64,000 nucleotides of DNA from Promethearchaeota archaeon (GTDB lineage: Archaea > Asgardarchaeota > Thorarchaeia > Thorarchaeales > Thorarchaeaceae), in NCBI GenBank assembly GCA_048939765.1, contig JBHLPF010000020.1, positions 1 through 64,000 on the forward strand. The letters are read 5' to 3'. Each line of letters opens with the position of its first letter. The stretch's first letter is position 1. Of this stretch, positions 20,623-29,610 are shown one piece after another. A program made the translations under genes and the position numbers. The notes under the pieces were generated by a model. It searched no databases. It was not told where the DNA came from and worked only from the letters and a program-made list of their open reading frames with translations.

Positions 20623-21738
20623 ATCCCATTTGAACTACACCGCCGGCAATTCAAAGTCTGCCTGATTGGCGATGGATTTGTCGGAAAGACGAGCATTCGT
20701 CGCTCATTCTTAGGTAGTGTGTTCAAGAGGAGTTACATCGCGACGTTGGGAGTGGATTTTGCGCAAAAGACCTTTGTTATGGGAAAGACTCCTGTGTACC
20801 TTCTAATCTGGGACATTGCCGGACAACCCCTTTTCCAAGGCCTTCGTAGACGATATTATGAAGCGTGTAGCGGTCTCCTACTGACATATTCTGTAGTCAA
20901 TAGAGAGTCGTTCGATAATGCATCGAAGTGGCTCGTCGAAGCCCATGGGTTCATGGGCAAACTTCCTCCTCTGATTATCATAGGGAACAAGATAGACCTG
21001 AGAGCGAGTCACCCAAGTGAAGAGACCGTTTCATACGAAGAGGGTCAAGAATTCACCAAGAGATTTGGAGAGAAGATGAATACTCCGTCCATCTTCATCG
21101 AAACATCAGCATTGACCGGTGAGAATATCGACCAGGCCTTCAGGTCACTCGCAGAAATGATGATTGACGAAGCAAATGGTAGGACTGTAAAGAGTGAGCG
21201 TGTCCAACTCAGGATTGATAGGCCTACGGCCATAGATCAAGGTGTGAACGATACAACCACTGTGAGTTCCGAAGCTGAACCAGTTCAGTCCGTGGTCGAT
21301 GCTAGTTCTGTTGGACGTGCTGAGTCAAGTGACACAGGAGCCAGTGAACCGGCGAGTCCATTTGCAGCAAGGATGCAGGTTGCTGATTATGTATCATCAG
21401 TCCATGAGCCCATTACTGATGAGAGGCCAGTCAGGGAGCCACCCACTGAGATTCTTAACTTGCATGCCGAGCTGAAGAGAGCCGAATCGGAACTCTCGAA
21501 TGTCACCTCAGACTTGGACACAGCCCTACTCAATCTAAAGAACACGGTACATGTCAAGAGAATCATGTACGAACATCTGAAACGGCAGCTTCGTGAAACC
21601 AGACAAGAATGGGCAGATGCCTATGACGACTATGTGAGGACCAATCAGCGAAGGAAGGCTGAGTTAGACAAGAGGAACAAGGAGATCGCAGAGCTTCGAG
21701 AACGAATCAGAAAAGCTGAGAGATCTATGTCTGAATGA
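20623..21738 (+). CDS. Rab/Ras-like small GTPase with C-terminal linker and coiled coil; true start lies upstream of the tracked GTG 20719
   Basis: In-frame upstream FKVCLIGDGFVGKT (G1), ATLGVDF (G2), WDIAGQ (G3), GNKID (G4), ETSA (G5). Confidence 0.88.
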   Translation: MPFELHRRQFKVCLIGDGFVGKTSIRRSFLGSVFKRSYIATLGVDFAQKTFVMGKTPVYLLIWDIAGQPLFQGLRRRYYEACSGLLLTYSVVNRESFDNASKWLVEAHGFMGKLPPLIIIGNKIDLRASHPSEETVSYEEGQEFTKRFGEKMNTPSIFIETSALTGENIDQAFRSLAEMMIDEANGRTVKSERVQLRIDRPTAIDQGVNDTTTVSSEAEPVQSVVDASSVGRAESSDTGASEPASPFAARMQVADYVSSVHEPITDERPVREPPTEILNLHAELKRAESELSNVTSDLDTALLNLKNTVHVKRIMYEHLKRQLRETRQEWADAYDDYVRTNQRRKAELDKRNKEIAELRERIRKAERSMSE

Positions 21739-21783
21739 TTCCTTTTTCGACGACATATAGCAGAGCTTATCAATGAATTAACT

Positions 21784-22341
21784 ATGGTTAAATCTATGAG
21801 AGCTAGATGCAACACGAATGCCTTCATCGCATTGTCAGGCCCACACCCGACGTATTTAGTCACAGCAAATGACCCAAGAGACAACAGCAAGGCAGCTATT
21901 GCTGTTGCATGGGCCACTCCTCTCTCGGTTCGGCCACCGTTGTTTGGAATAGTAATTTCTCCAAACAAGTTCAGCTACAATATAGTCAAGGAAGCTGGGA
22001 TTTTCACTGTCAATGTGATGCCCCTGAATGCTCTAAGTGAGGTGTGGTGGGCAGGCACCCATACCGGCCGACAGTATGAGGACAAGATAACAGAGGCTGG
22101 TCTGAGTCCAGTCCCCGGGAAGACAGACAAGAACGCAATCTCAGTAGAAGAGGCCATAGCCTCCTTTGAGTGCAAAGTGAAGAACATGGTCCCTATTGGA
22201 AATCATACACTCATTGTGGGCCAAGTCGTTTCTGTCGATGCCATGGAAGAATTCTTTGACACCAAGAAGGGCGTGTGGATTCCTGAAACTGCACGCTTGA
22301 TCTACCATCTTGCGAATGAAGCATTCCTGACCAATTGCTAG
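21784..22341 (+). CDS. Flavin reductase family protein
   Basis: P-x-x-LVT, FTVN, ECKV, GNHTLIVG. Confidence 0.85.
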   Translation: MVKSMRARCNTNAFIALSGPHPTYLVTANDPRDNSKAAIAVAWATPLSVRPPLFGIVISPNKFSYNIVKEAGIFTVNVMPLNALSEVWWAGTHTGRQYEDKITEAGLSPVPGKTDKNAISVEEAIASFECKVKNMVPIGNHTLIVGQVVSVDAMEEFFDTKKGVWIPETARLIYHLANEAFLTNC

Positions 22342-22382
22342 AAAAATCGACACCGCAGAAGTGAGCCTGTTTAGCCTATCAA

Positions 22383-22829
22383 TCATATGTATAAGCTCAT
22401 CGCTGCATCTCGTGCAATGTCTACAAACATCCCTAAACCAGCAACAGAATCGACCTCTTCTATCAGTTCTTCTTGTGTCAAATTGAAAAGAGCCATTGCT
22501 GTAACGCATACATGGAGTTGAAGTCCAAGACGCTTTGCTTCACGAATCTGCTCTGAAATTGGGACCAGAATTCCTACTTCGAGCCCCATCTCAATATCAT
22601 CTCTCAAGTCGTCTTTAGTTTCTGGTGCTATGTCATCGATTGCTCCCTTAATCAGTCGCTTCAGGGCTCCAAATGTGAAAAGAGTAACAACTTTCATCCC
22701 AGAAGCCAATGCAGCTTTCGCTAGCATGAGACCGTAGCTTATTCTATCGTATGCGGCGCTGTGGAATATCATCGCTAGTACATCGCCCTTATCATTATTC
22801 TCGTGCTTCATATAGGCACCTTCCTTCAC
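22383..22829 (-). CDS. DsrE/DsrF-like family protein
   Basis: FTFGAL, VCVTAM, VAG motifs. Confidence 0.75.
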   Translation of the reverse strand: MKEGAYMKHENNDKGDVLAMIFHSAAYDRISYGLMLAKAALASGMKVVTLFTFGALKRLIKGAIDDIAPETKDDLRDDIEMGLEVGILVPISEQIREAKRLGLQLHVCVTAMALFNLTQEELIEEVDSVAGLGMFVDIARDAAMSLYI

Positions 22830-23069
22830 TATGAAAGATAGATTCTATCCTAATGACTCCCTTGATAGGTATGAGAGCATTGTTGGCTCCGATCTTCTCT
22901 ATTGGAACCCCTTGAGAGCTTCAGGTATGTAATCCTACAACTGACGCCCAACTTGGTTGCACTCAAACTCCACTCCAATGGTTTATGTAGAAATCCTAGC
23001 AATACTTGCTATTCGATTTACCTCATGGTACTGACCTACTGTACCACCCAATCGAATGGAGAGATACAG

Positions 23070-23243
23070 ATGGCTGAGAAAATCAAGAAATTTGTGAGTG
23101 TGATTGGTGGAAAGCTCGATATCACCTGTGATGAGTGTGGTGGCAAAATGCGTCCTGGAGGACACTACCAGCTTGAAGTAGGAGGTAAGAGCTACCAATT
23201 TGACACTGAGAAGTGTATGGAGGCTTTTGAGGCAAAGCTCTAG
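23070..23243 (+). CDS. Small TRASH/YHS-like metal-binding protein
   Basis: CDECG...GGKSYQFDTEKCMEAF; GGAG RBS upstream. Confidence 0.7.
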   Translation: MAEKIKKFVSVIGGKLDITCDECGGKMRPGGHYQLEVGGKSYQFDTEKCMEAFEAKL

Positions 23244-23410
23244 CCTTGTCAGTTTCATTCCTTTCCTCGCGCGGAGGCAATTCTGATTTGACCTCCGCAT
23301 CAATCTTTTTGGAAACCTTCCGAAGAATCTGAATGACCAGATTTCCTTGCAGAATCAGAATTGTAGAGTGAAATGGTGGTCAGCAATGAATAATGGACTC
23401 TTGACGCGGG

Positions 23411-23719
23411 CTATTGAATTGCTGCGTACTTCTTGGCACCTGTGTATATGAGAAAGATACCAATTATCAAAGCAACAATGATTATGGCGATTTCAATAAT
23501 ATCCAAAACCAAAGCACTGGTTACCATCAAATATCCATACCAAGATAGTGGAGTGGCGGGAATCATGATTCCTATTATGACAATACCTAACCCTAACAGA
23601 TGATTACGTCTAGTCAAGTCAGATCCTTCTCTATAGCCAAGAATAAGAAATACAAAGCCAATCAGAAATCCCAGTGCAAGCAGTATAGGTATAGGCACTG
23701 CAAACATCGGTTGCTGCAT
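23411..23719 (-). CDS. Small 3-TM membrane protein
   Basis: Three hydrophobic segments, GGAGA RBS. Confidence 0.65.
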   Translation of the reverse strand: MQQPMFAVPIPILLALGFLIGFVFLILGYREGSDLTRRNHLLGLGIVIIGIMIPATPLSWYGYLMVTSALVLDIIEIAIIIVALIIGIFLIYTGAKKYAAIQ

Positions 23720-23851
23720 TCTTCAACATCTCCTCATAATTGAGATAACTATATTGAACCAAACCTACTTAAGAGTATAACGGCGTTATGAGAAATGCGC
23801 GTGCCCTGAGGAGGTCAATACTAGTCAGGCTGAAATGGAGGCAGAAATCAA

Positions 23852-24076
23852 GTGCTCAGACTAAATGTCTTGGTGCAGCTGCGCGCACATGAAGTGCGTA
23901 GCGCATACAAGACTATTAGTGAAATCAAGGGAGTTAGAAGAGCCAATCGAGTTGCAGGAGCTTATGACGTAATCGCATATGCAGAACTTGAATCGGTCAA
24001 CGAGTTGAAAGGATTCATGGACATGGTGCGTCTAATGCCCGGTTTCATCCATGCTGACACCTGCGTGGCATTATGA
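23852..24076 (+). CDS. Stand-alone Lrp/AsnC ligand-binding (RAM) domain protein
   Basis: IKGV...VAGAYDVIAY...TCVA. Confidence 0.8.
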   Translation: MLRLNVLVQLRAHEVRSAYKTISEIKGVRRANRVAGAYDVIAYAELESVNELKGFMDMVRLMPGFIHADTCVAL

Positions 24077-24141
24077 TCCCTTTCTGAAGTTGTTGAGAGT
24101 ACAAAAGTGGTGGATCGCTGCCGATGGTTTTTGGAGATCCT

Positions 24142-24219
24142 TCATGTCACGCTGATGGTCCTACCGTATTGCTGCGCGACCTCACCCCGATCGGTCGCGA
24201 CCACCGCCCCAACCTTCAT
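24142..24219 (-). pseudogene. Possible relic of a NifB/NifX-family (COG1433-like) gene
   Basis: MKVGAVVATDRGEVAQQYGR then stop; resembles the family N-terminus; context of HTH and Mrp genes. Confidence 0.35.
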
Positions 24220-24309
24220 TCCGGAGGCCGCCTCAATGAGTGAGGCAGGACATCGTAATATATCGGCATACATATACGGAATCATGCTTTACAAGAGCAT
24301 GGTGTCTGC

Positions 24310-24696
24310 ATGCGGCCTCCTTGTGAAACCATTGTTGCAGCAATCCTCCCTGCTATTCGTTCTCTTCTAGCAAGAGAGCTTGTCGAAAGTCACTCCATGT
24401 CTCAGACAAAAGCTGCAGAATTGCTCGGTACTACACAACCAGCTATAAGTCAGTACCTTTCGCAAAAGAGGGGGGATCAGTTGACAGAGGCTCTAAGTTC
24501 TCTGCCTGATGTAAAGGCAGCAATCGATGCCCTTGTTGAAGAGATTACTTCAGATACATTTTCACAGAAAGACACAGTGGGAACAATCTGTGCGATATGC
24601 ATGTCCCTCAGGAAGGATGGCACGGTTTGCACAATACATCAGAATAGATTTGATACTCCGGAGGACTGTGATATGTGCCAATCCTTGTCTGATTGA
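24310..24696 (+). CDS. HTH transcriptional regulator with Cys cluster (COG2522-like)
   Basis: PPCE...LPAIRS, SQTKAAELLGTTQPAISQY, CxxC...C..H...CxxC. Confidence 0.85.
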   Translation: MRPPCETIVAAILPAIRSLLARELVESHSMSQTKAAELLGTTQPAISQYLSQKRGDQLTEALSSLPDVKAAIDALVEEITSDTFSQKDTVGTICAICMSLRKDGTVCTIHQNRFDTPEDCDMCQSLSD

Positions 24697-24983
24697 GTGT
24701 TAACAGACATCAGGTTCAACACGTGAATACTATGATTGGGTCGAATTATCTTTCAGACACAAAAGGGAATCAGATATAGATATAACGGCGTTATTATAGT
24801 GGGCCTGATGCGGGTTAGGTGCTCTTGTGATGTTAAAACAAGTCGGAGGACAATGTTCTGGCAAGGGCTTGATATTCGCATCCTTCATCCTGTTTTCGAT
24901 AATCATTGAACCACTTCTCGCCAAACTTCACCATAGAAACGGAGGCATTGGGCAACAACCTCCCCTAAAGGAATGAATGAAGA

Positions 24984-25352
24984 ATGAACCTTAGAGAATC
25001 ATTGATCCTGATTGCACATTCAGTTGTTATCTATTTCGTATGTTTTGCAGTGATGGGAATTTCTATGACTGCATTAGACATAGATTCAGCATTGATTGCG
25101 CATGCTGTTGCTGCGCCATTTGTATCTGCAGCGTTCTCATCCATCTACTACAAGAAATTCAACTACACGAGTCCTTTGGTGACAGCCACTGTGATAGTGG
25201 CTACAGTCATCTTGTTGGACTTCTTCCTCACAGCAACAATTATCCTCGGCGATTACAGTATGTTCTATAGCCCCATTGGAACATGGATTCCCTTCGCTTT
25301 AATCTTCAGTGCAGCGTTCATCGTAGGCTACTACTTGAATCGAGAGCAGTAG
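24984..25352 (+). CDS. Small 4-TM membrane protein
   Basis: Hydrophobic ORF. Confidence 0.65.
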   Translation: MNLRESLILIAHSVVIYFVCFAVMGISMTALDIDSALIAHAVAAPFVSAAFSSIYYKKFNYTSPLVTATVIVATVILLDFFLTATIILGDYSMFYSPIGTWIPFALIFSAAFIVGYYLNREQ

Positions 25353-25536
25353 AGACAATGTGCACACATCTAATCTTGTAGGCATCAACTTTGTTGAGGT
25401 TCCGTATCGCCTGCTTCGAACGCCGCCCTGAAATCAATCCAACATAATGAAATGTGAGAAAGGCAGTTGCCATTATCGCTCTCTGCTAGAAGCTTAAGAT
25501 ATAATGGCGGTTCGCTTTCTTCGTTCATTCAGCTTG

Positions 25537-25592
25537 TTATGAATAGTAATTCATAAAAGCCGAATCAGTATATTATGAATAGTAATTCATAT
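25537..25592. promoter_or_regulatory. Two tandem TTATGAAT-N4-ATTCATAW palindromes upstream of the Lrp-mrp-Lrp operon
   Basis: 25537-25556 and 25573-25592, 36 bp apart. Confidence 0.8.
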
Positions 25593-25641
25593 TGATGGTT
25601 CGTTCACATGCCACAATCAAATGAACAAAAGGGGATGTTCA

Positions 25642-25872
25642 ATGGAAAACCTTAGAGTGAGTGTACTGATCCAAGTTGTTGGGAAACGAATATGGAGCAT
25701 CTGCGATGAAATAAAGAGGGTTGAGGGGGTTAAGACAGTAAATGTCGTGGTTGGAACATTTGATGCAGTTGCTTATGCGGAATTGAATACAGCAAATCAC
25801 TTGCCACTGTTCTTAGACAGGATGCATAAGATACAGGGAATTACCAGAACAGAAACCTGTATTGCACTATAA
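25642..25872 (+). CDS. Stand-alone Lrp/AsnC ligand-binding domain protein
   Basis: VEGV...VVGTFDAVAY...RTETCIA. Confidence 0.82.
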   Translation: MENLRVSVLIQVVGKRIWSICDEIKRVEGVKTVNVVVGTFDAVAYAELNTANHLPLFLDRMHKIQGITRTETCIAL

Positions 25873-25920
25873 TTGGAGAAATGTTAGCCACTATTCATTC
25901 CTTTGATTGAGAAATAACAG

Positions 25921-26769
25921 GTGGATAATATGACAGACACAGCGACAAACGCAAAAGACCTGGTACCTCCTGAAGTCAGAGGGAATATGAAAGATGTTAA
26001 ACACAAGATTGTTGTACTCTCTGGGAAAGGCGGTGTAGGAAAAACAACAGTAGCTACAAATTTAGCAATGTCCTTCGCCAAGCAAGGGCTGAAGTCGGGT
26101 ATTCTTGATGTTGATATATATGGACCCAATGTGCCGAAGCTGTTGGGTCTTGAAGGACTTCATCCACAGGTAGAGAACGAAAGAATTCGACCCATAAGGG
26201 GCCCACTTAATCTCAAAGTAATGAGCATGGGATTTCTTCTCAGAGAAACGGATGACGCAATCGCCTGGAGAGGTCCGATTGTTGGAAAAGCTATTCGTCA
26301 GTTTTTGAGTGATGTGATGTGGGGAGAACTTGACGTTCTGGTAGTGGACCTTCCTCCGGGCACAGGAGATGAGATACTTAGCATTCTCCAGTCGATTCCT
26401 GAAATAGATGGCGTGGTTATTGTATCAACGCCTCAGGAAGTTGCTGTGCTTGACGCTCGCCGAGCGATTCGTCTTGTGGGAAGAATGGGTGTGCCAGTTT
26501 TGGGCATAGTAGAGAACATGACTGAGTTTGTATGTCCGAAGTGCGGTGAAGTATACAGACTGTTTGGAGAAGGAGTGACCCAAAAAGCGGCGGAGGATTT
26601 CGGAGTGAACCACTTGGGCTCTTTGCCTCTAGATCCAAGAATCATAAGTCTGTCTGACAAGGGGACTCCTTTTGTTGAGGAGAATCCAGACTCCGAAGCA
26701 GCTAAAGCTTTCGGTTCTATAGTCACTCAAATCAGCGAAATCATTGGACTAAGATTAGAAGGGAAATGA
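25921..26769 (+). CDS. mrp: Mrp/NBP35 Fe-S cluster carrier ATPase
   Basis: SGKGGVGKT, DIYGPN, WRGP, DLPPGTGD, ENM-x-x-F-x-CPKC. Confidence 0.95.
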   Translation: MDNMTDTATNAKDLVPPEVRGNMKDVKHKIVVLSGKGGVGKTTVATNLAMSFAKQGLKSGILDVDIYGPNVPKLLGLEGLHPQVENERIRPIRGPLNLKVMSMGFLLRETDDAIAWRGPIVGKAIRQFLSDVMWGELDVLVVDLPPGTGDEILSILQSIPEIDGVVIVSTPQEVAVLDARRAIRLVGRMGVPVLGIVENMTEFVCPKCGEVYRLFGEGVTQKAAEDFGVNHLGSLPLDPRIISLSDKGTPFVEENPDSEAAKAFGSIVTQISEIIGLRLEGK

Positions 26770-27002
26770 TTATGCATAGTATAAGAGTGAGTGTGCTAAT
26801 CCAAGCAGTAGGAAAACGAATCCTGGAAGCCTCTAAGGAAATTGAGAAGATTGAAGGCATTAAGACGGTACATGTTGTTGTGGGGACGTTTGATGCAATT
26901 GCATATGCAGAACTGAACTCAACAAATGAGTTGAAACAGCTCTTGAACAGCATTCATCGGATAGAGGGAATTGCCAGAACAGAAACCTGTATTGCAGTCT
27001 GA
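26766..27002 (+). CDS. Stand-alone Lrp/AsnC ligand-binding domain protein
   Basis: Close paralog of 25642-25872. Confidence 0.82.
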   Translation: MIMHSIRVSVLIQAVGKRILEASKEIEKIEGIKTVHVVVGTFDAIAYAELNSTNELKQLLNSIHRIEGIARTETCIAV

Positions 27003-27113
27003 CGCAGACCATAAGTAGAGACCTCCAAAGCCGGGATATGATTTATTGATGCTCACAGTATTTGGCGGAAAGGGAGGCACTGGACAATATTCTGTCATGA
27101 TTCGAGGGAATGA

Positions 27114-28100
27114 ATGATGACATATATCTACGGCCCCGTTTCTTCATGGAGGTACGGACGCTCTTTGGGTCTAGACGTGACTGCGCCTCCAAAGAAATGC
27201 ACCTTCAATTGCGTTTACTGTCAGATTGGTCCAACGAAAAGGCATGTTGATTCTCCTGAAGGATTGCAGAATACTATGCCTTCTCCCATTGATATCATCA
27301 TCGAGCTAGGGCAAACATTGGAGAAACTTGACAAGGAAACTATTGATGTTCTGACTTTCTCAGGAACTGGTGAACCAACGCTAAATATGAACATAGGGGA
27401 GACTCTCACTTCCGCTAGAGAGCGCGTAGGGGATCTACCGATTATTCTCCTGACAAATGCATCCCTCTTACCGAGAAGGGATGTTCGAAAAAGAATCTCA
27501 AGTTTCGACATTGTCACGGCCAAGTATGATGCTGGCGATGAAGACACATTTAGGAGGATTAACCGCCCGGCACGGAGCGGATTTACCCTTCATGAGATTC
27601 AGGATGGAATTATACAGCTCCAGAGGGAAATGAAGGGCATGCTTGCCCTGGAGGTCATGTTGCTTCGTGGACCAAGAGGACTGTCAAACACTGAAGGTGC
27701 CTCTAGGAAGGCTTTGCTCGAAGGCATAGCAGAGGTGAACCCAGACCTAGTTCAAATCTATACGCCCTGGAGACCTTCTGCAGTGAAATCAGTGAAACCT
27801 GTATCAAGTAGGATTCTTCATGAGTTTGGAAGTGAGCTTGAGGAATACTTCGGAAAGGAGAGGCTATGGATATACGGAACACATGATGCTCGAGGCCAAG
27901 GTGTCAAATGGAAGTCTCATCATAACATCGAGGAGGAGATAATGGACCTGCTGCGTCGTAGGCCATGTAGAATTGCTGACATTACTAAATCATTAGACTT
28001 ACAGTCTTCCACAACTACATGTATCATTGGTAAACTGCAGGTTGCAGGGAGAGTTAGAGTGAAGCGGATGCAGACCGATGTGTTTTATGAATCTGGTTGA
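27114..28100 (+). CDS. Radical SAM protein (COG0731-like) with C-terminal wHTH
   Basis: YGPVSSWRYGRSLG, CTFNCVYC, GEPTL. Confidence 0.88.
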   Translation: MMTYIYGPVSSWRYGRSLGLDVTAPPKKCTFNCVYCQIGPTKRHVDSPEGLQNTMPSPIDIIIELGQTLEKLDKETIDVLTFSGTGEPTLNMNIGETLTSARERVGDLPIILLTNASLLPRRDVRKRISSFDIVTAKYDAGDEDTFRRINRPARSGFTLHEIQDGIIQLQREMKGMLALEVMLLRGPRGLSNTEGASRKALLEGIAEVNPDLVQIYTPWRPSAVKSVKPVSSRILHEFGSELEEYFGKERLWIYGTHDARGQGVKWKSHHNIEEEIMDLLRRRPCRIADITKSLDLQSSTTTCIIGKLQVAGRVRVKRMQTDVFYESG

Positions 28101-28190
28101 TTCCAGAGTTCTCAAAACTGAGCAACTGATATTCTAAATCTCATCCCCACGGGACCTTATGGATATCCCTGAGATTCTTCATTGTTAGAG

Positions 28191-29060
28191 CTATGAAGTA
28201 GGAGTATGTTCCAGTATTGACTTGGCTGGCACCCTGTTCATATCAAGACCCACCTCGTTCTCATCAAGACCCATTGCGAGACCGAGTATCTGTGTATAGA
28301 AGAGGACTGGAAGGTCATACTCCTCGCCATAGGACTCCTTCAGACCTAGTTGTTGCAGGTCAAGCTGGTTGCAGCATGCAGGACAGACAACGGTGGCAAA
28401 GACAGCTCCCGACTCCTTCATTGATTTGAGCTTGTCACGGGCAAGTCTTATGGCCAAATCCTCATCCACTGGAAGCACCGTGGCACCGCAGCACTGCTTC
28501 CAGAGAGGATACTCGATGACTTTCGCTCCAGTGGCTTCCACAAGTTCATCCAGAATCCTATGATCGAATTCAGTCACATCTGCAGGACGCAGAAGATGGC
28601 ATCCATAATGAATTGCTATCCCCACACCATCAAGGGGCTTTGTAACCTTCTTTCTTATTGCATCAATGCCAATATCGTTGTAGAGGACTTCTACGATATG
28701 ACGCGGTTTGCTCACGCCCTTGAACTCGAGGTTGTCTTTTGCTAGCTCTTCGTTGACTTTTTCTCTGTATTTGGCATCATGCATGAGAAGATGGCACACA
28801 TCCTTCAGACTCCCAAAACAACCATTGCATGGGGTCAGAATGTCATGTCCAATGCGGTCAGCTATGGCAAGCGTACGAGCATTTACCTTCACCCAGCCCG
28901 AGTAGTCCATTGCCCTCAGATTAGGACTGCCACAGCATGACACGCCTTCAAGGTATTGAAGTTCCAATCCTAAGGACCCTGCTACTCGAAGCATTGATGC
29001 TTCATAGTTGGGATAATTTGCTGGAACACTGCAACCCATGTAAAGGCTATATGTTGGCAT
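28191..29060 (-). CDS. hdrB: Heterodisulfide reductase subunit B
   Basis: Two CCG domains (GC..CCG..CNGC; GCH..CCG..CPAC); GGAGGTGA RBS before ATG 29060. Confidence 0.92.
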   Translation of the reverse strand: MPTYSLYMGCSVPANYPNYEASMLRVAGSLGLELQYLEGVSCCGSPNLRAMDYSGWVKVNARTLAIADRIGHDILTPCNGCFGSLKDVCHLLMHDAKYREKVNEELAKDNLEFKGVSKPRHIVEVLYNDIGIDAIRKKVTKPLDGVGIAIHYGCHLLRPADVTEFDHRILDELVEATGAKVIEYPLWKQCCGATVLPVDEDLAIRLARDKLKSMKESGAVFATVVCPACCNQLDLQQLGLKESYGEEYDLPVLFYTQILGLAMGLDENEVGLDMNRVPAKSILEHTPTS

Positions 29061-29061
29061 T

Positions 29062-29610
29062 CTATTCACCTCCCTTGACGAGTCGCCCAGTTCTTGTTTC
29101 ACTGAGAGTCCGTTTCACAGACTCGGTCGAGAGCCCAGGCACTTCGGGTTCTAAATCCAGGTCCTCCCTTTCCCAGTCAGCAGTGACAGTGTATAGCTGT
29201 CCCTTCTCAATGAGCTCCTTTCCAAGAGCAACGATGCTGCTTGGAATCCGACCCTCTTCAGCTGCGAGATTCTTACAGTCAAAGAAGATGTCGGTCACTC
29301 GCACATTCTGTGGACATCGTTCTTGGCACTCGAAACAAGTCAGACAAAGCCATATCTCCCTTGACGAGAGCACCTTTTCCCGCATTCCAAGAAGCATCAT
29401 CCGAATCAGCTGGTGTGGTTTGAGATTCCATATGTTCGCAATAGGACATGCTGCTGTACAAGTCGAGCAGGCAAAGCAGGCTGACAGATCATCAGCATTT
29501 GGCATGCTCTGTATCTCTCTTCGGAATCCAGGATCCAGATCTGACATATCAATGGGGTCGATGAAGACCTCAGGAGGGGCTTTCTTGGCGTTGCCTTCTG
29601 GAATGGTCAT
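29062..29610 (-). CDS. hdrC: Heterodisulfide reductase subunit C
   Basis: CFACSTCTAACP, CLTCFECQERCP. Confidence 0.9.
   Translation of the reverse strand: MTIPEGNAKKAPPEVFIDPIDMSDLDPGFRREIQSMPNADDLSACFACSTCTAACPIANIWNLKPHQLIRMMLLGMREKVLSSREIWLCLTCFECQERCPQNVRVTDIFFDCKNLAAEEGRIPSSIVALGKELIEKGQLYTVTADWEREDLDLEPEVPGLSTESVKRTLSETRTGRLVKGGE

Noticed and set aside
27081-27100. GACA...TGTCAT before the radical SAM gene as a third copy of the TGACAA palindrome
   Set aside because: The spacer is 2 bp shorter and the arms are weaker
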